Assembly (NCBI GenBank): GCA_018817795.1
Contig: JAHITJ010000208.1
Location: forward strand, 43,989-107,988
DNA from: Myxococcota bacterium
GTDB taxonomy: Bacteria; Myxococcota_A; Polyangia; HGW-17
Length of the DNA stretch: 64,000 bases
Direction: 5' to 3'
This document shows, in pieces, positions 9,281 to 17,817 of the stretch. The notes beneath the pieces were generated by a model, which was not told where the DNA came from, made no database searches, and saw only the letters and a program-made list of their open reading frames with translations. Every line of letters starts with the position of its first letter. Position 1 is the stretch's first letter. The position numbers and the translations under genes were made by a program.

Positions 9281-10522
9281 ATGACCAGACGCATTGCGTT
9301 CTTCAGAAACACCCGCGGTCAGGCCCTCGTGGAGTTCGTCGTGGCCGTGCCCACGATGGTCCTGATCTTCCTGTTCTCGCAGTTCTTCTACGAGGCCATC
9401 CAGGTCAAGCTCAAGACCCAGGAGATGGCCCGCTACATGGCCTGGGAGTTCACCGGCCGCGCCCTGCACGACTATGACGACGGATCCTTCAAATACTCCG
9501 ATGTCTCCACCGAGATCAAGACCGACGCCGCGAACCGCTTCTCCAACCTGCGCTCGACGGACCTTCGCAACGACGCGGACATGGCGCTGGCGGGCAAGTG
9601 GACGGTCAACACCCCCACCACCCAGAACGGCGCCGAGCCCCTGCTGCCCGGCGGCACGCTGTTCTCCATCGGCGGCTTCCCCATCGACATCAACATGGTG
9701 TTCAGGTTCGCCGGCTACGTGCTCGACGGCCTGCGGCTATTGTCCATCGCCAAGCACCCCAATGTGTACTGGGCCGCGATGGCGGCCTACTACACCATCC
9801 AGGAGAACACGATGTTCGGAGGAGGGGCGCTGAGCCGGTTCAATCCACCATCGGGATGGAAGCTCAACACGCGGGGCTACATCCGGACCCAGGTGCGCGT
9901 GACGTTCGAGAACATGTGGCTCAACAACATCATGGCCATCTCGGGCGACAAGTTCTGGAGCAAGGACAACCAGGGCAAGTCCGAGATGCGCTCGAGCATC
10001 CGCCGCCTGCGCTTCACGGAGACCTACTACCTGCTCGCGGACCAATGGGAGCTGCACCAGCCCGACGACGTCGTCGGTCCCTCCTCCTCGGGTACCGCCT
10101 ATTACAAGCAGATCAACCGCATGGCCTTCATGGACAACTCCATGCGCCGCGTGCTCAAGGGCTTCACCGACGCGGTGAAGTACGGCACCGACATCGTGGC
10201 GTACATGGCCTTCCAGCCCACGCTGGGCATGTCCGACCTCACCCAGGTCGGCCTGGTCTCGAAGAACTACGAGGGCGGCAGCGGCGGTCGCGAGAGCGGC
10301 CAGATCGAGATCGACGAAGACAGCGGCAAGAAGACCTACGACACCAGCCCCATGATGGACAAGTCCACGAGCAATGTCGGCGTGAAGATGTACGAGGAGA
10401 GCCGCTCCACCCGTGGCAACAACTATATGGCCTGTCCCCAGGTGGAATCCCTGGGCTGCACGTCGTCGCTGTCGCAGGACAATCCTTTCGGGGATTACAT
10501 CATCCCCGAGGAGCTTGAGTAA
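9281..10522 (+). CDS. TadE-like pseudopilin, oversized (413 aa)
   Basis: MTRRIAFFRNTRGQALVEFVVAVPTMVLIFLF; GGAGGG RBS; 14 nt after the tadG-like stop. Confidence 0.75.
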   Translation: MTRRIAFFRNTRGQALVEFVVAVPTMVLIFLFSQFFYEAIQVKLKTQEMARYMAWEFTGRALHDYDDGSFKYSDVSTEIKTDAANRFSNLRSTDLRNDADMALAGKWTVNTPTTQNGAEPLLPGGTLFSIGGFPIDINMVFRFAGYVLDGLRLLSIAKHPNVYWAAMAAYYTIQENTMFGGGALSRFNPPSGWKLNTRGYIRTQVRVTFENMWLNNIMAISGDKFWSKDNQGKSEMRSSIRRLRFTETYYLLADQWELHQPDDVVGPSSSGTAYYKQINRMAFMDNSMRRVLKGFTDAVKYGTDIVAYMAFQPTLGMSDLTQVGLVSKNYEGGSGGRESGQIEIDEDSGKKTYDTSPMMDKSTSNVGVKMYEESRSTRGNNYMACPQVESLGCTSSLSQDNPFGDYIIPEELE

Positions 10523-10537
10523 CGGAGGTATGACGCC

Positions 10538-11323
10538 ATGAAACGGTTCACCCGTATTCTTTTTCTGACTGTCGCGTTCTTCGCCGTCTCCGCCACGGCG
10601 TGGTTCCTCTCCGCTCGTGAATCGGGTGCCACCGCGGCCCGCGCACCCACGAGCATGCATCGCTTCTGGCCTGCGCCCATGCCCGCCTATCCGATGGCCC
10701 AGGAGATGCCCATGTCCGACGACATGGTCATGGGCCAGGCGCGCATGAAGATGGCCTGGTTCCGCACCGCCGACGAGCCCCTCAAGGTCTCGCTCTACTA
10801 CGAGGGCATCTGGGAGTCGGCCGGCTACTACGTCACCCGCGAGGTGCACCCGTACGGCGGCAAGGTCGCCGCCCTGGACCTGAAGTCCAACCTGCTGCGC
10901 CAGGTGGTCATGACCCGCGAGGGCGACCAGACCTCCGTGTACGTGTCCCTGATCATGGGTTCCCCGGCTCAACTGATGAAAGGCGGCGCCACCGACACCG
11001 CCCTGCCGCTGATGGCCGGCGCCGAGGGCGTCACCCAGCTGGGCTCCCGCGATCCCATGGCCAACACCTCCGTGATCGCCTACGTCGACCGCGAGACCGT
11101 CGAGGACAACGTGATCTTCTACCAGAAGGAGATGCCCGCCCGCGGCTACACCCTGTCGGCCGACCACGGCAAGCTCAAGGCCATCACCGAGAAGATGGGC
11201 ACGAACATCAACGTCATGATCTTCGCCCGCGAAGGCGAGGAGGTCACCATCTCGGTGTCCCCCGTCGACGACAGCGAGCTCACGCGCGTGCACATTACCC
11301 GCGTGCGCGGAAAGGGACGGTGA
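10538..11323 (+). CDS. Hypothetical membrane-anchored protein in the Tad-like cluster
   Basis: N-terminal TM ILFLTVAFFAVSATAWFL, Met-rich segment, no recognisable motif. Tightly spaced between tadE-like and flp. Confidence 0.55.
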   Translation: MKRFTRILFLTVAFFAVSATAWFLSARESGATAARAPTSMHRFWPAPMPAYPMAQEMPMSDDMVMGQARMKMAWFRTADEPLKVSLYYEGIWESAGYYVTREVHPYGGKVAALDLKSNLLRQVVMTREGDQTSVYVSLIMGSPAQLMKGGATDTALPLMAGAEGVTQLGSRDPMANTSVIAYVDRETVEDNVIFYQKEMPARGYTLSADHGKLKAITEKMGTNINVMIFAREGEEVTISVSPVDDSELTRVHITRVRGKGR

Positions 11324-11327
11324 CCGC

Positions 11328-11501
11328 ATGAAGGATCTCCGCTCCACCTCCGGCCAGAGCATGGTCGAGTACTCCCTGCTGATGGCCTCGATCCTCGGCT
11401 CCATCACGATCATGGGCTTCGACCTGTTCCCCCGCTTCGTGCACGCCTTCCAGTTGTACTTCGATTCGTACTACATCATCCTGAACCTGCCCATCCCCTG
11501 A
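11328..11501 (+). CDS. flp: Flp-family type IVb pilin (57 aa; missing from the ORF track)
   Basis: Hand translation MKDLRSTSGQSMVEYSLLMASILGSITIMGFDLFPRFVHAFQLYFDSYYIILNLPIP*. Flp prepilin motif G/QSMVEY followed by a hydrophobic helix; ATG 5 nt after the upstream stop; AAGGGA upstream. Confidence 0.7.
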   Translation: MKDLRSTSGQSMVEYSLLMASILGSITIMGFDLFPRFVHAFQLYFDSYYIILNLPIP

Positions 11502-11588
11502 GCGGATCTGAGCGGATCTGAACAAACCTGAACGGTCCTGTCGGAGCCGTCGGACCCGTCGGAGTTCTTCCTCGTGGTCGGCCACACC

Positions 11589-11651
11589 CAAGCTCTTTCC
11601 CGCGACCGCCAAGCTCTTTCCCGCGACCGCCATGGTCTTTCCCACAACCAA
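11589..11651. repeat. 21-nt tandem repeat x3 (caagctctttcccgcgaccgc, third copy degenerate) in the convergent intergenic region
   Basis: Seen directly. Also short direct repeats gagcggatct x2 and gtcgga(g/c)ccgtcgga just after the flp stop. Confidence 0.6.
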
Positions 11652-11819
11652 TTGGACGGCCCGGTGCAGCAGTGCGGCCTCCGGAGTGTCGTCGCGGTCG
11701 GTGTCGGACTCGCGCGCTTCCCCGATCGTCTCCCGGAGGCGCTTCGTGAGTCGCGTGGAGACAGTGGCGGCCAGGTGCGCGATGTCCTCGTTCGTGGGCT
11801 GCGGGGTAGCCGGAGCCGT

Positions 11820-12851
11820 TTACAGTCTGCGGCGGTACACCTTCAGGCGAGTCCCGAGCATGTTCGTCTCCTTGAGGGCCATGAGGTCGCCCATCACGCA
11901 GTATTCCAGCGGTGCCGATTCCGGGTCGAAGGTCAGGGAACCGTCGGGCTGCACATACAGGGAACCGCCGCCGCCTTCTTCTCCCATCGATTTCTCGATG
12001 GCACAGCCGCAGATCCCGGACTCCAGGCGACAGGGGGGTGAACAGGACCAGCCATGGAGCGACATGCAGGACTCAGTGAGATAGGTGAACTCGTAGATGA
12101 CGTGCTGCCGGAAGGCGCTGTAATGGACCTCCTGGACCTGTTCGTCGACGCGGGGGTTCACCGTGAAGCGCTCGGTGAAGTCCAGGGTGTGAAACTGGTT
12201 GAACCCGAACGGCCCGCAATCGGAGAAGTCTTCCCCGCCGCTCCAGGAGACTCCAGCCAGCGACTCGATGGTCCCGAAGGCCATCACCGTCTCCCAGTCC
12301 CCGGTCAGGTCTCCGCCGCAGGACACGAAGGGATAGTCGGTGCCCAGGTTGGGCGCGAGCCCGGACGGGGCCGGCACCCTGCCGACGAACGAGTTGAAGC
12401 GCGAGGCGCTGGCCGTGAGTCCTCCGACCGAGTACGCCGAGTCGCCCTGGCAGCGCCAGCCCTCCGTGTCCCGACCCAGCAGGCAGGCCAGAGGCGAGGA
12501 CTCCTTCTGAGTTGCCCCCCCACCCGGCAGGGTGAGCGTGTAGCGGCCCTCCAGCGCGGCGCCGCCCTCGGCGCGGACCGCGTAGAGGCAGCCGGAGAAG
12601 TCCGGGTGGCGCAGATAGCCGTCGCAGGTCACCCGCTCCAGAATCACGGTGGCGTCGGTGGTGAGCGCGCCGGCAGGCACGTCCACCCTCGCCCCGTCCT
12701 CGAGGGCGACGCTGCCGCCCTCGGCTGCAGTCACCCAATTCGCCTGCTCGGCGGGCGGCGGGACCTCCTTCAATGGAGTGTCCTTCGTGTCGTCGCAGGC
12801 GACGACGCCCAGGAACCCGGACAACAGCAGCATGGAAAGGATGATTCGCAT
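11820..12851 (-). CDS. Hypothetical secreted lipoprotein (paralog A)
   Basis: Signal + lipobox LSGFLGVVAC|DD. Shared motifs with the next gene (LPDGARV..PGAL, RVxCG, GWRCQ, SASRF..FV, CGGD..G.WE, ending YRR). Confidence 0.65.
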   Translation of the reverse strand: MRIILSMLLLSGFLGVVACDDTKDTPLKEVPPPAEQANWVTAAEGGSVALEDGARVDVPAGALTTDATVILERVTCDGYLRHPDFSGCLYAVRAEGGAALEGRYTLTLPGGGATQKESSPLACLLGRDTEGWRCQGDSAYSVGGLTASASRFNSFVGRVPAPSGLAPNLGTDYPFVSCGGDLTGDWETVMAFGTIESLAGVSWSGGEDFSDCGPFGFNQFHTLDFTERFTVNPRVDEQVQEVHYSAFRQHVIYEFTYLTESCMSLHGWSCSPPCRLESGICGCAIEKSMGEEGGGGSLYVQPDGSLTFDPESAPLEYCVMGDLMALKETNMLGTRLKVYRRRL

Positions 12852-12860
12852 TTTAATAGC

Positions 12861-13907
12861 TCACTTTCTTCGGTATACCCAGACCGCGTCGCTGCCGGAT
12901 CCGACCCACGGTATGTGATAGAAGAGCCAGTCCCCGATGACGCAAAGATCACTCCGTGTCGAGAACTCGGACATGGAGTACCCATCTTCAACTTCATACA
13001 GGAAAATATCACCATAACCGCCTTCCTCGTAAGGGGCACGGCACGCACAGAGCCCGTTGACATTTTCGCACCAGGGCGTCTGGACCGAGCATTCATACCC
13101 GGCGGTCGCCAGGCAGGCGTCGGTCATGATTTGCAGGATATAGCCGGTGGTGTATTCTTGCCGGTGTCCGTCCCCCACCCAGGGTTGTCCCGACGAGGGC
13201 GAGAAGGTGAGGGTTTCAGTCTTGTGGGTGATTACTCCCTCGTAATAACTGAACGGCTCACACCTTTCGAAGCCGGGATCCTTTGTCAGTGTGATGCTCG
13301 TGAATGCTTCCTGGGGCCCGACATAGAAAACGAACTCCCACTCTCCGAAGATGTCGCCCCCGCACAAGCCGAACTCCAGATCGGCCATCAGGTTCATCGA
13401 GTCGGTCTGGGGAACCTGCTGATGCAACACGAACGTGGAGAACCGTGAGGCGGAGGTGGTCGCGCTCCCGGAGTTGGTCCTTGCCTCGGCCTGGCAGCGC
13501 CATCCGTCCCCGGTCATGGAGAAGACGCACGAAGGCACGGCCGCAGGGTCGCGACCCGGCAGCGTCAGTTCGTAGCGGTCCGCCAGCGAGGCGCCGTCGG
13601 CAGCGGACACCTCGTAGGCGCAGGAAGCGAACTCCGCCGCCTGGAGGGTGCGCCCGCAGGCCACCCTGGTGAACGTGACCTCGGCGTCCTGCGACAGCGC
13701 GCCCGGCGGGAACACCACCCGGGCGCCGTCGGGCAGCACGAGGGTCCCGCCCTCGGCCGCGACGACGAACGCCGAGACCGAGACAGGGTGCTCGGGTACC
13801 TCCCGCACCGTCGAATCATCACAACCGACCCAGAACGCGAAGACGACTAAGAACAGATGACGAAACATGGCAGGCATCTCTCCGAAAATTTTCATACCAC
13901 GCCACAA
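12861..13907 (-). CDS. Hypothetical secreted lipoprotein (paralog B; tandem duplicate of the preceding gene)
   Basis: LFLVVFAFWVGC|DD signal. Same conserved Cys/Trp landmarks as paralog A. True start possibly the internal Met at 13877 or 13868. Confidence 0.65.
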   Translation of the reverse strand: MWRGMKIFGEMPAMFRHLFLVVFAFWVGCDDSTVREVPEHPVSVSAFVVAAEGGTLVLPDGARVVFPPGALSQDAEVTFTRVACGRTLQAAEFASCAYEVSAADGASLADRYELTLPGRDPAAVPSCVFSMTGDGWRCQAEARTNSGSATTSASRFSTFVLHQQVPQTDSMNLMADLEFGLCGGDIFGEWEFVFYVGPQEAFTSITLTKDPGFERCEPFSYYEGVITHKTETLTFSPSSGQPWVGDGHRQEYTTGYILQIMTDACLATAGYECSVQTPWCENVNGLCACRAPYEEGGYGDIFLYEVEDGYSMSEFSTRSDLCVIGDWLFYHIPWVGSGSDAVWVYRRK

Positions 13908-13981
13908 CGTCTTGTCAACCCGGTTTTTCCACCAAGGGAAAACGGATCGCTCACATCAAATAATCATTCCCTGACAAGCTC

Positions 13982-16207
13982 CTAGGGAAGGACCGTGACG
14001 TAGGTCAGTGAATCAATGGTGGTGCCATCCCCCAGTTGACCGTACTGGTTGTCACCCCAGCATCGCATCGAGTTCAGCGAAGTGCCCGTCAGGAGGCAGG
14101 AGTGCAGCCCTCCCAGAGCGTGCCTGGGCGCCGTCATCCCGGAGTTCACTGGAGACAACTTATCCTGGGTCGTGCCATCGCTCAACTGCCCGTCGGAGTT
14201 CAAACCCCAGCAATAGGTGTTGTAATAGGTTCCCGCCAGGACGCTGTTCATGCACGTGTGATCATCTCCGGCATAAACGTAGTACATGACGGTGCTGGAG
14301 AAGGAGGAGTTGATCTGGGTCGGAACCAGCCGGGTCGTGGTCGTTCCGTCCCCCAACTGGCCAACGTCGTTCAAACCCCAGCAGTACCCCTTTCGCGAGG
14401 GGGGAATCGTGTTGGTCGCGGTGGTCGCGCAGACATGGTCATTGCCTGCCGAGAGCGAGTAGACGTTGCTCAGCGAGGCCACCGTCACCGGGACGTGGCT
14501 GTCGGTGATCGAGTTGATGCCCAGTTGTCCGGTGGAATTCTGTCCCCAGCAGCGGACCGTCCTGTCGGTGAGCCGCGCACAGGTAAAGGCATATCCGGCG
14601 GTGATCATGTCGGCCCCGGTCAGGCCGCTGACCGCAACGGGCGTGCGACGGTTGGTGGTGCTGTTGTCCCCCAACTGCCCCTTCCAGTTGTATCCCCAGC
14701 ACCAGGCCGTCCCGTCGGTCTTGACCGCACAGGTGTGGGCATATCCGGCGTCAAGGGCAGCCACGCCGGAGATTCCTGAGACCACCACCGGCGTGTTGCG
14801 GGTGGTGGTGGTGTTGTCCCCCAGCTGGCCGGAACTGTTATAGCCCCAGCACATGACCGTCCCGTCGGTCTTGACTGCACAGGTGTGGTTCGCGCCTGCG
14901 GTCACATAGGCTGCCGAGGTGATGTTCAGCACGCTCACGGGTGTGAACCGGGTGGTGGTGGTGTTGTCTCCCAGTTGACCGTAGTTGTTGCGACCCCAGC
15001 ATCGGACGGTCCCGTCGGAAACCACCGCGCACGTGTGGTATCGACCGGCTGCGATGTCCACGATGTTCAGGCAGCCCGCCGTGTCAGGCACGCAAGCACC
15101 AGTACAGCCAAGGGTTCCGGTGAAGTAGCCCTCCGTGCGGCAGGTATGCCCACCAAGTTCCGATCCGTCGCAGGCCTCGTAGGTTCCCTGCACGGTGCCA
15201 TCTCCACACCAGCCTCCGCAGCCCGAGTCATCGAGCGTGCAGCCCAGACAGGTAAGGGTTCCAGGATAATATCCAAGTCCCACGCAGGTCTCCCCTGCCA
15301 GGTTGTCTCCATCGCACTCCTCGTGCAACGCCTGGATATCACCGTCTCCGCAGCGACCCGCGGAGATGCAGGATGCGAGATCGAAGACACAGTCATTCAA
15401 ACAGGACAGCGTACCACCGTAGTACTCCAGGCTTGTGCAGCTCGCACCACCCAGTGCATCGCCGTCGCAGGCCTCCCCATACACGTCCTGGATCGCCCCG
15501 TCACCGCAGCGGCCGATGGAAATGCAATCGGTGAGGATGTAGGCGGAGCAATCGTCCTCGCAGGCCAGCGCGCCGCCATGATACCCCATTTCAGCGCACG
15601 TCTGTCCGGCCAAATCAGCGCCGTCGCACACCTCCCCCGCCTGGACCTGGGCCGTATCGTCGCCGCAGCGTCCTTCCCCGGAGCAGCCCGACTCGTCGAA
15701 GTCGGCGCAGTTGGCCTGACAGCCCAGGGTACCACCGTAGTACCCCAACCCCTCGCAGGTCTGACCGCTGAGATCCTCACCATCGCAAACCTCCTCCTGG
15801 CCAGTCTGGGTGATTCCATCCCCGCAGCGCCCCACCACGGCACAGGCAGACTCGTCATAAGCTGCACAGTCTGTCGCGCACGCAAGCGTGCCGCCATAAT
15901 ACCCCAGACCCTCGCAGGTCTGTTGCAACTGTGCCGAGGGTTCGCACATCTCGCCATATTCAGTTTCAATCTCTCCGTCCCCGCACCAGCCACCGCAATC
16001 ACTGCGATCCCAGGTGCAGTTGGCGTTGCAGCGCAACTGCCCCGAGATGGCATAATGCCCGAGCGTGAAGCAACTCTCGCTCCCGATACCCGAATCGCAC
16101 TCCTCGCCTGGATCGACGATGCCATCCCCGCAAGCATCTACCGTCGTGGGATCGACATCACAGGACATCACCAATACAAGCGTCAACGGCAACAGGAACT
16201 TGTACAT
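13982..16207 (-). CDS. Secreted lipoprotein with about 7 myxobacterial cysteine-rich repeats followed by about 7 RCC1 (beta-propeller) repeats
   Basis: Start MYKFLLPLTLVLVMSC|D preceded by GGAGG. Repeats CGDG..E.CDG..L.G.TCE.LGYYGGTL.C...C..D.S.C (TIGR02232-like), then CWG.N..GQLGD.TTT.R.TPV RCC1 signature x7. Internal start of ORF 13982..16432. Confidence 0.8.
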   Translation of the reverse strand: MYKFLLPLTLVLVMSCDVDPTTVDACGDGIVDPGEECDSGIGSESCFTLGHYAISGQLRCNANCTWDRSDCGGWCGDGEIETEYGEMCEPSAQLQQTCEGLGYYGGTLACATDCAAYDESACAVVGRCGDGITQTGQEEVCDGEDLSGQTCEGLGYYGGTLGCQANCADFDESGCSGEGRCGDDTAQVQAGEVCDGADLAGQTCAEMGYHGGALACEDDCSAYILTDCISIGRCGDGAIQDVYGEACDGDALGGASCTSLEYYGGTLSCLNDCVFDLASCISAGRCGDGDIQALHEECDGDNLAGETCVGLGYYPGTLTCLGCTLDDSGCGGWCGDGTVQGTYEACDGSELGGHTCRTEGYFTGTLGCTGACVPDTAGCLNIVDIAAGRYHTCAVVSDGTVRCWGRNNYGQLGDNTTTTRFTPVSVLNITSAAYVTAGANHTCAVKTDGTVMCWGYNSSGQLGDNTTTTRNTPVVVSGISGVAALDAGYAHTCAVKTDGTAWCWGYNWKGQLGDNSTTNRRTPVAVSGLTGADMITAGYAFTCARLTDRTVRCWGQNSTGQLGINSITDSHVPVTVASLSNVYSLSAGNDHVCATTATNTIPPSRKGYCWGLNDVGQLGDGTTTTRLVPTQINSSFSSTVMYYVYAGDDHTCMNSVLAGTYYNTYCWGLNSDGQLSDGTTQDKLSPVNSGMTAPRHALGGLHSCLLTGTSLNSMRCWGDNQYGQLGDGTTIDSLTYVTVLP

Positions 16208-16471
16208 GAAAAACCTCCTCCGAGCAGGGACGCAAAACTCACGATGCAAACAAATGGGTACCTGCATGGGTCCCCATGTATTTGTCAGACCCCATCGTCC
16301 CACCATCCCTTCTCCGGTCCAGGGCACTGTGGGCTGAAAGGGATTACTATCGGATCTTCGCCTCCGAAAATGACTATCCCCGGGAAAAAGCAGGATGTCA
16401 AGGCGGCGGCAGAATAAAAATACTCCTGGCATCCAGCCGAAGGCCTTGTGGATCAGGTCCTGCTGACATGT

Positions 16472-17815
16472 TCAACTCTCGGTGACGGTGGACACCAGCG
16501 CGAGGTGGCGGAAGAACAGGGCCGTGAGCTGGGCCAGCCATGCCGTGGACAGGGCCTCGGTCTCGGCTGACAGTTCGATCCGGCAGGCGGCCTCGTTCTG
16601 CAGAAACGGCGGCGGCAGGGCAATCGCGCCCTGGGCCTTCACACGGATGGTGAACTGCGGGGGCACGTAGTGGACCTTCACGTCCAGGCGGGCGCGGGCA
16701 AAGCCCGGCAGCCGGTGCCTGGGCACGCACTCGAGGGCGAACTCCCGCCACTCACCCAGGTGCGAGTCGCGGACGACCGGATCCGTGAGCGTGATCTTGA
16801 GGTGGCTCGTCGGGGAGTCGCCCACCAACTGCTGCCAGGAGCGGAACAGCGCGCGGGAGAGCAGGTCGCAGGCCTTGGAGGCCGTGGCGGTCTGCTGGAT
16901 GTCCACGTTGGAGAGCGCGCCGATGCGCGCGTCGAGCTGGGCCAGCACCGTGCCGGGACCCTCGCCCGCGGCCGGACGCAGCTCCTCGAAGCGGCGGCCG
17001 CAGTAGGCGACCAGCTCGGCCTCGCCGGGGCGCTCCTGCCCGCGGGCCACGCGCAGGATCGTGTCGTAGAGCGCCAGGGCCACGGCTGGCAGCGCCACGG
17101 CGCCCTGGGGCGTGGTGGGAAGCATCGCGGTCTTCTTCTTGCCGGCCAGGCTCAGGATCGGACCCTGATCCGGATCCAGCGCCAGGAGCGCATCGTCGTA
17201 GGTGGCCGACGCAGGACCCTTCTTCTTCTTCTTCGACATCAACTTGGGCAACCGCGGCGCCAGCGCCGCCGGATCCAGCGGCGTCGCCAGCGGGTTCCTC
17301 GTGCGGGCGGTGGCCTCGGTCTCGTGTTCGTCGCCGACGGCCCCGCCGGACGCTTCGTCGTCGACGTACTCGTCGCCAAGTTCCAGGGACGCCTCCTCCT
17401 CGACCATCTCCGGATCGATCGAGACGACCTCGTCCTCCATGGAGGAGTAGAAACGGACGCGATCCTCCTCGAGCCGGTCGGAGAGGTTCTTCAACTCCTC
17501 GACGATGGCCACGAAGTACTCCACCGGCGCCAGGGAGGCCTGCCCGTCGATGGAGGTGCGCAGCGACTGCATCAGGTCCCACAGGGCCACCGTGGGCGTG
17601 AGCACCGCGGCGCGGGCGGCCGGGTTCAGGCTCGCCGAAAGCCAGCGGGGCGTGGAGGCGGTGAAGTGCCCGTGGAAGTCCTGATCGAAGCGGTTCCAGT
17701 CCTCGGTCAGGAACAGTTCAAGAAAGTCATCGCGACCGATGTAGCCGCTGAGGCGGCCGTGCCACTGCCGGCAGAACCGACGCACGTCGATGGACCACTG
17801 GACGAAATCCTGCAT
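16472..17815 (-). CDS. Hypothetical cytoplasmic protein with acidic/poly-Lys segment, coupled to the MMPL transporter
   Basis: Start MQDFVQWSID 2 nt after the MMPL stop (17818). DE-rich stretch and KKKKKG; no motif recognised. Confidence 0.55.
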   Translation of the reverse strand: MQDFVQWSIDVRRFCRQWHGRLSGYIGRDDFLELFLTEDWNRFDQDFHGHFTASTPRWLSASLNPAARAAVLTPTVALWDLMQSLRTSIDGQASLAPVEYFVAIVEELKNLSDRLEEDRVRFYSSMEDEVVSIDPEMVEEEASLELGDEYVDDEASGGAVGDEHETEATARTRNPLATPLDPAALAPRLPKLMSKKKKKGPASATYDDALLALDPDQGPILSLAGKKKTAMLPTTPQGAVALPAVALALYDTILRVARGQERPGEAELVAYCGRRFEELRPAAGEGPGTVLAQLDARIGALSNVDIQQTATASKACDLLSRALFRSWQQLVGDSPTSHLKITLTDPVVRDSHLGEWREFALECVPRHRLPGFARARLDVKVHYVPPQFTIRVKAQGAIALPPPFLQNEAACRIELSAETEALSTAWLAQLTALFFRHLALVSTVTES

Positions 17816-17817
17816 GT

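Noticed and set aside
7270-9312. 680-aa minus-strand ORF
   Set aside because: Antisense to the TadG-like gene; A/G/D/E/V-rich shadow ORF with no start context.
9737-11413. 558-aa minus-strand ORF
   Set aside because: Antisense to tadE-like, hypothetical and flp genes; shadow ORF.
12054-13448. 464-aa + ORF
   Set aside because: Antisense to the two paralogous lipoprotein genes, which have signal peptides and mutual similarity.
14885-16417. 510-aa + ORF (and 14036..14779)
   Set aside because: Antisense to the Cys-repeat/RCC1 gene, whose repeat structure is unmistakable.
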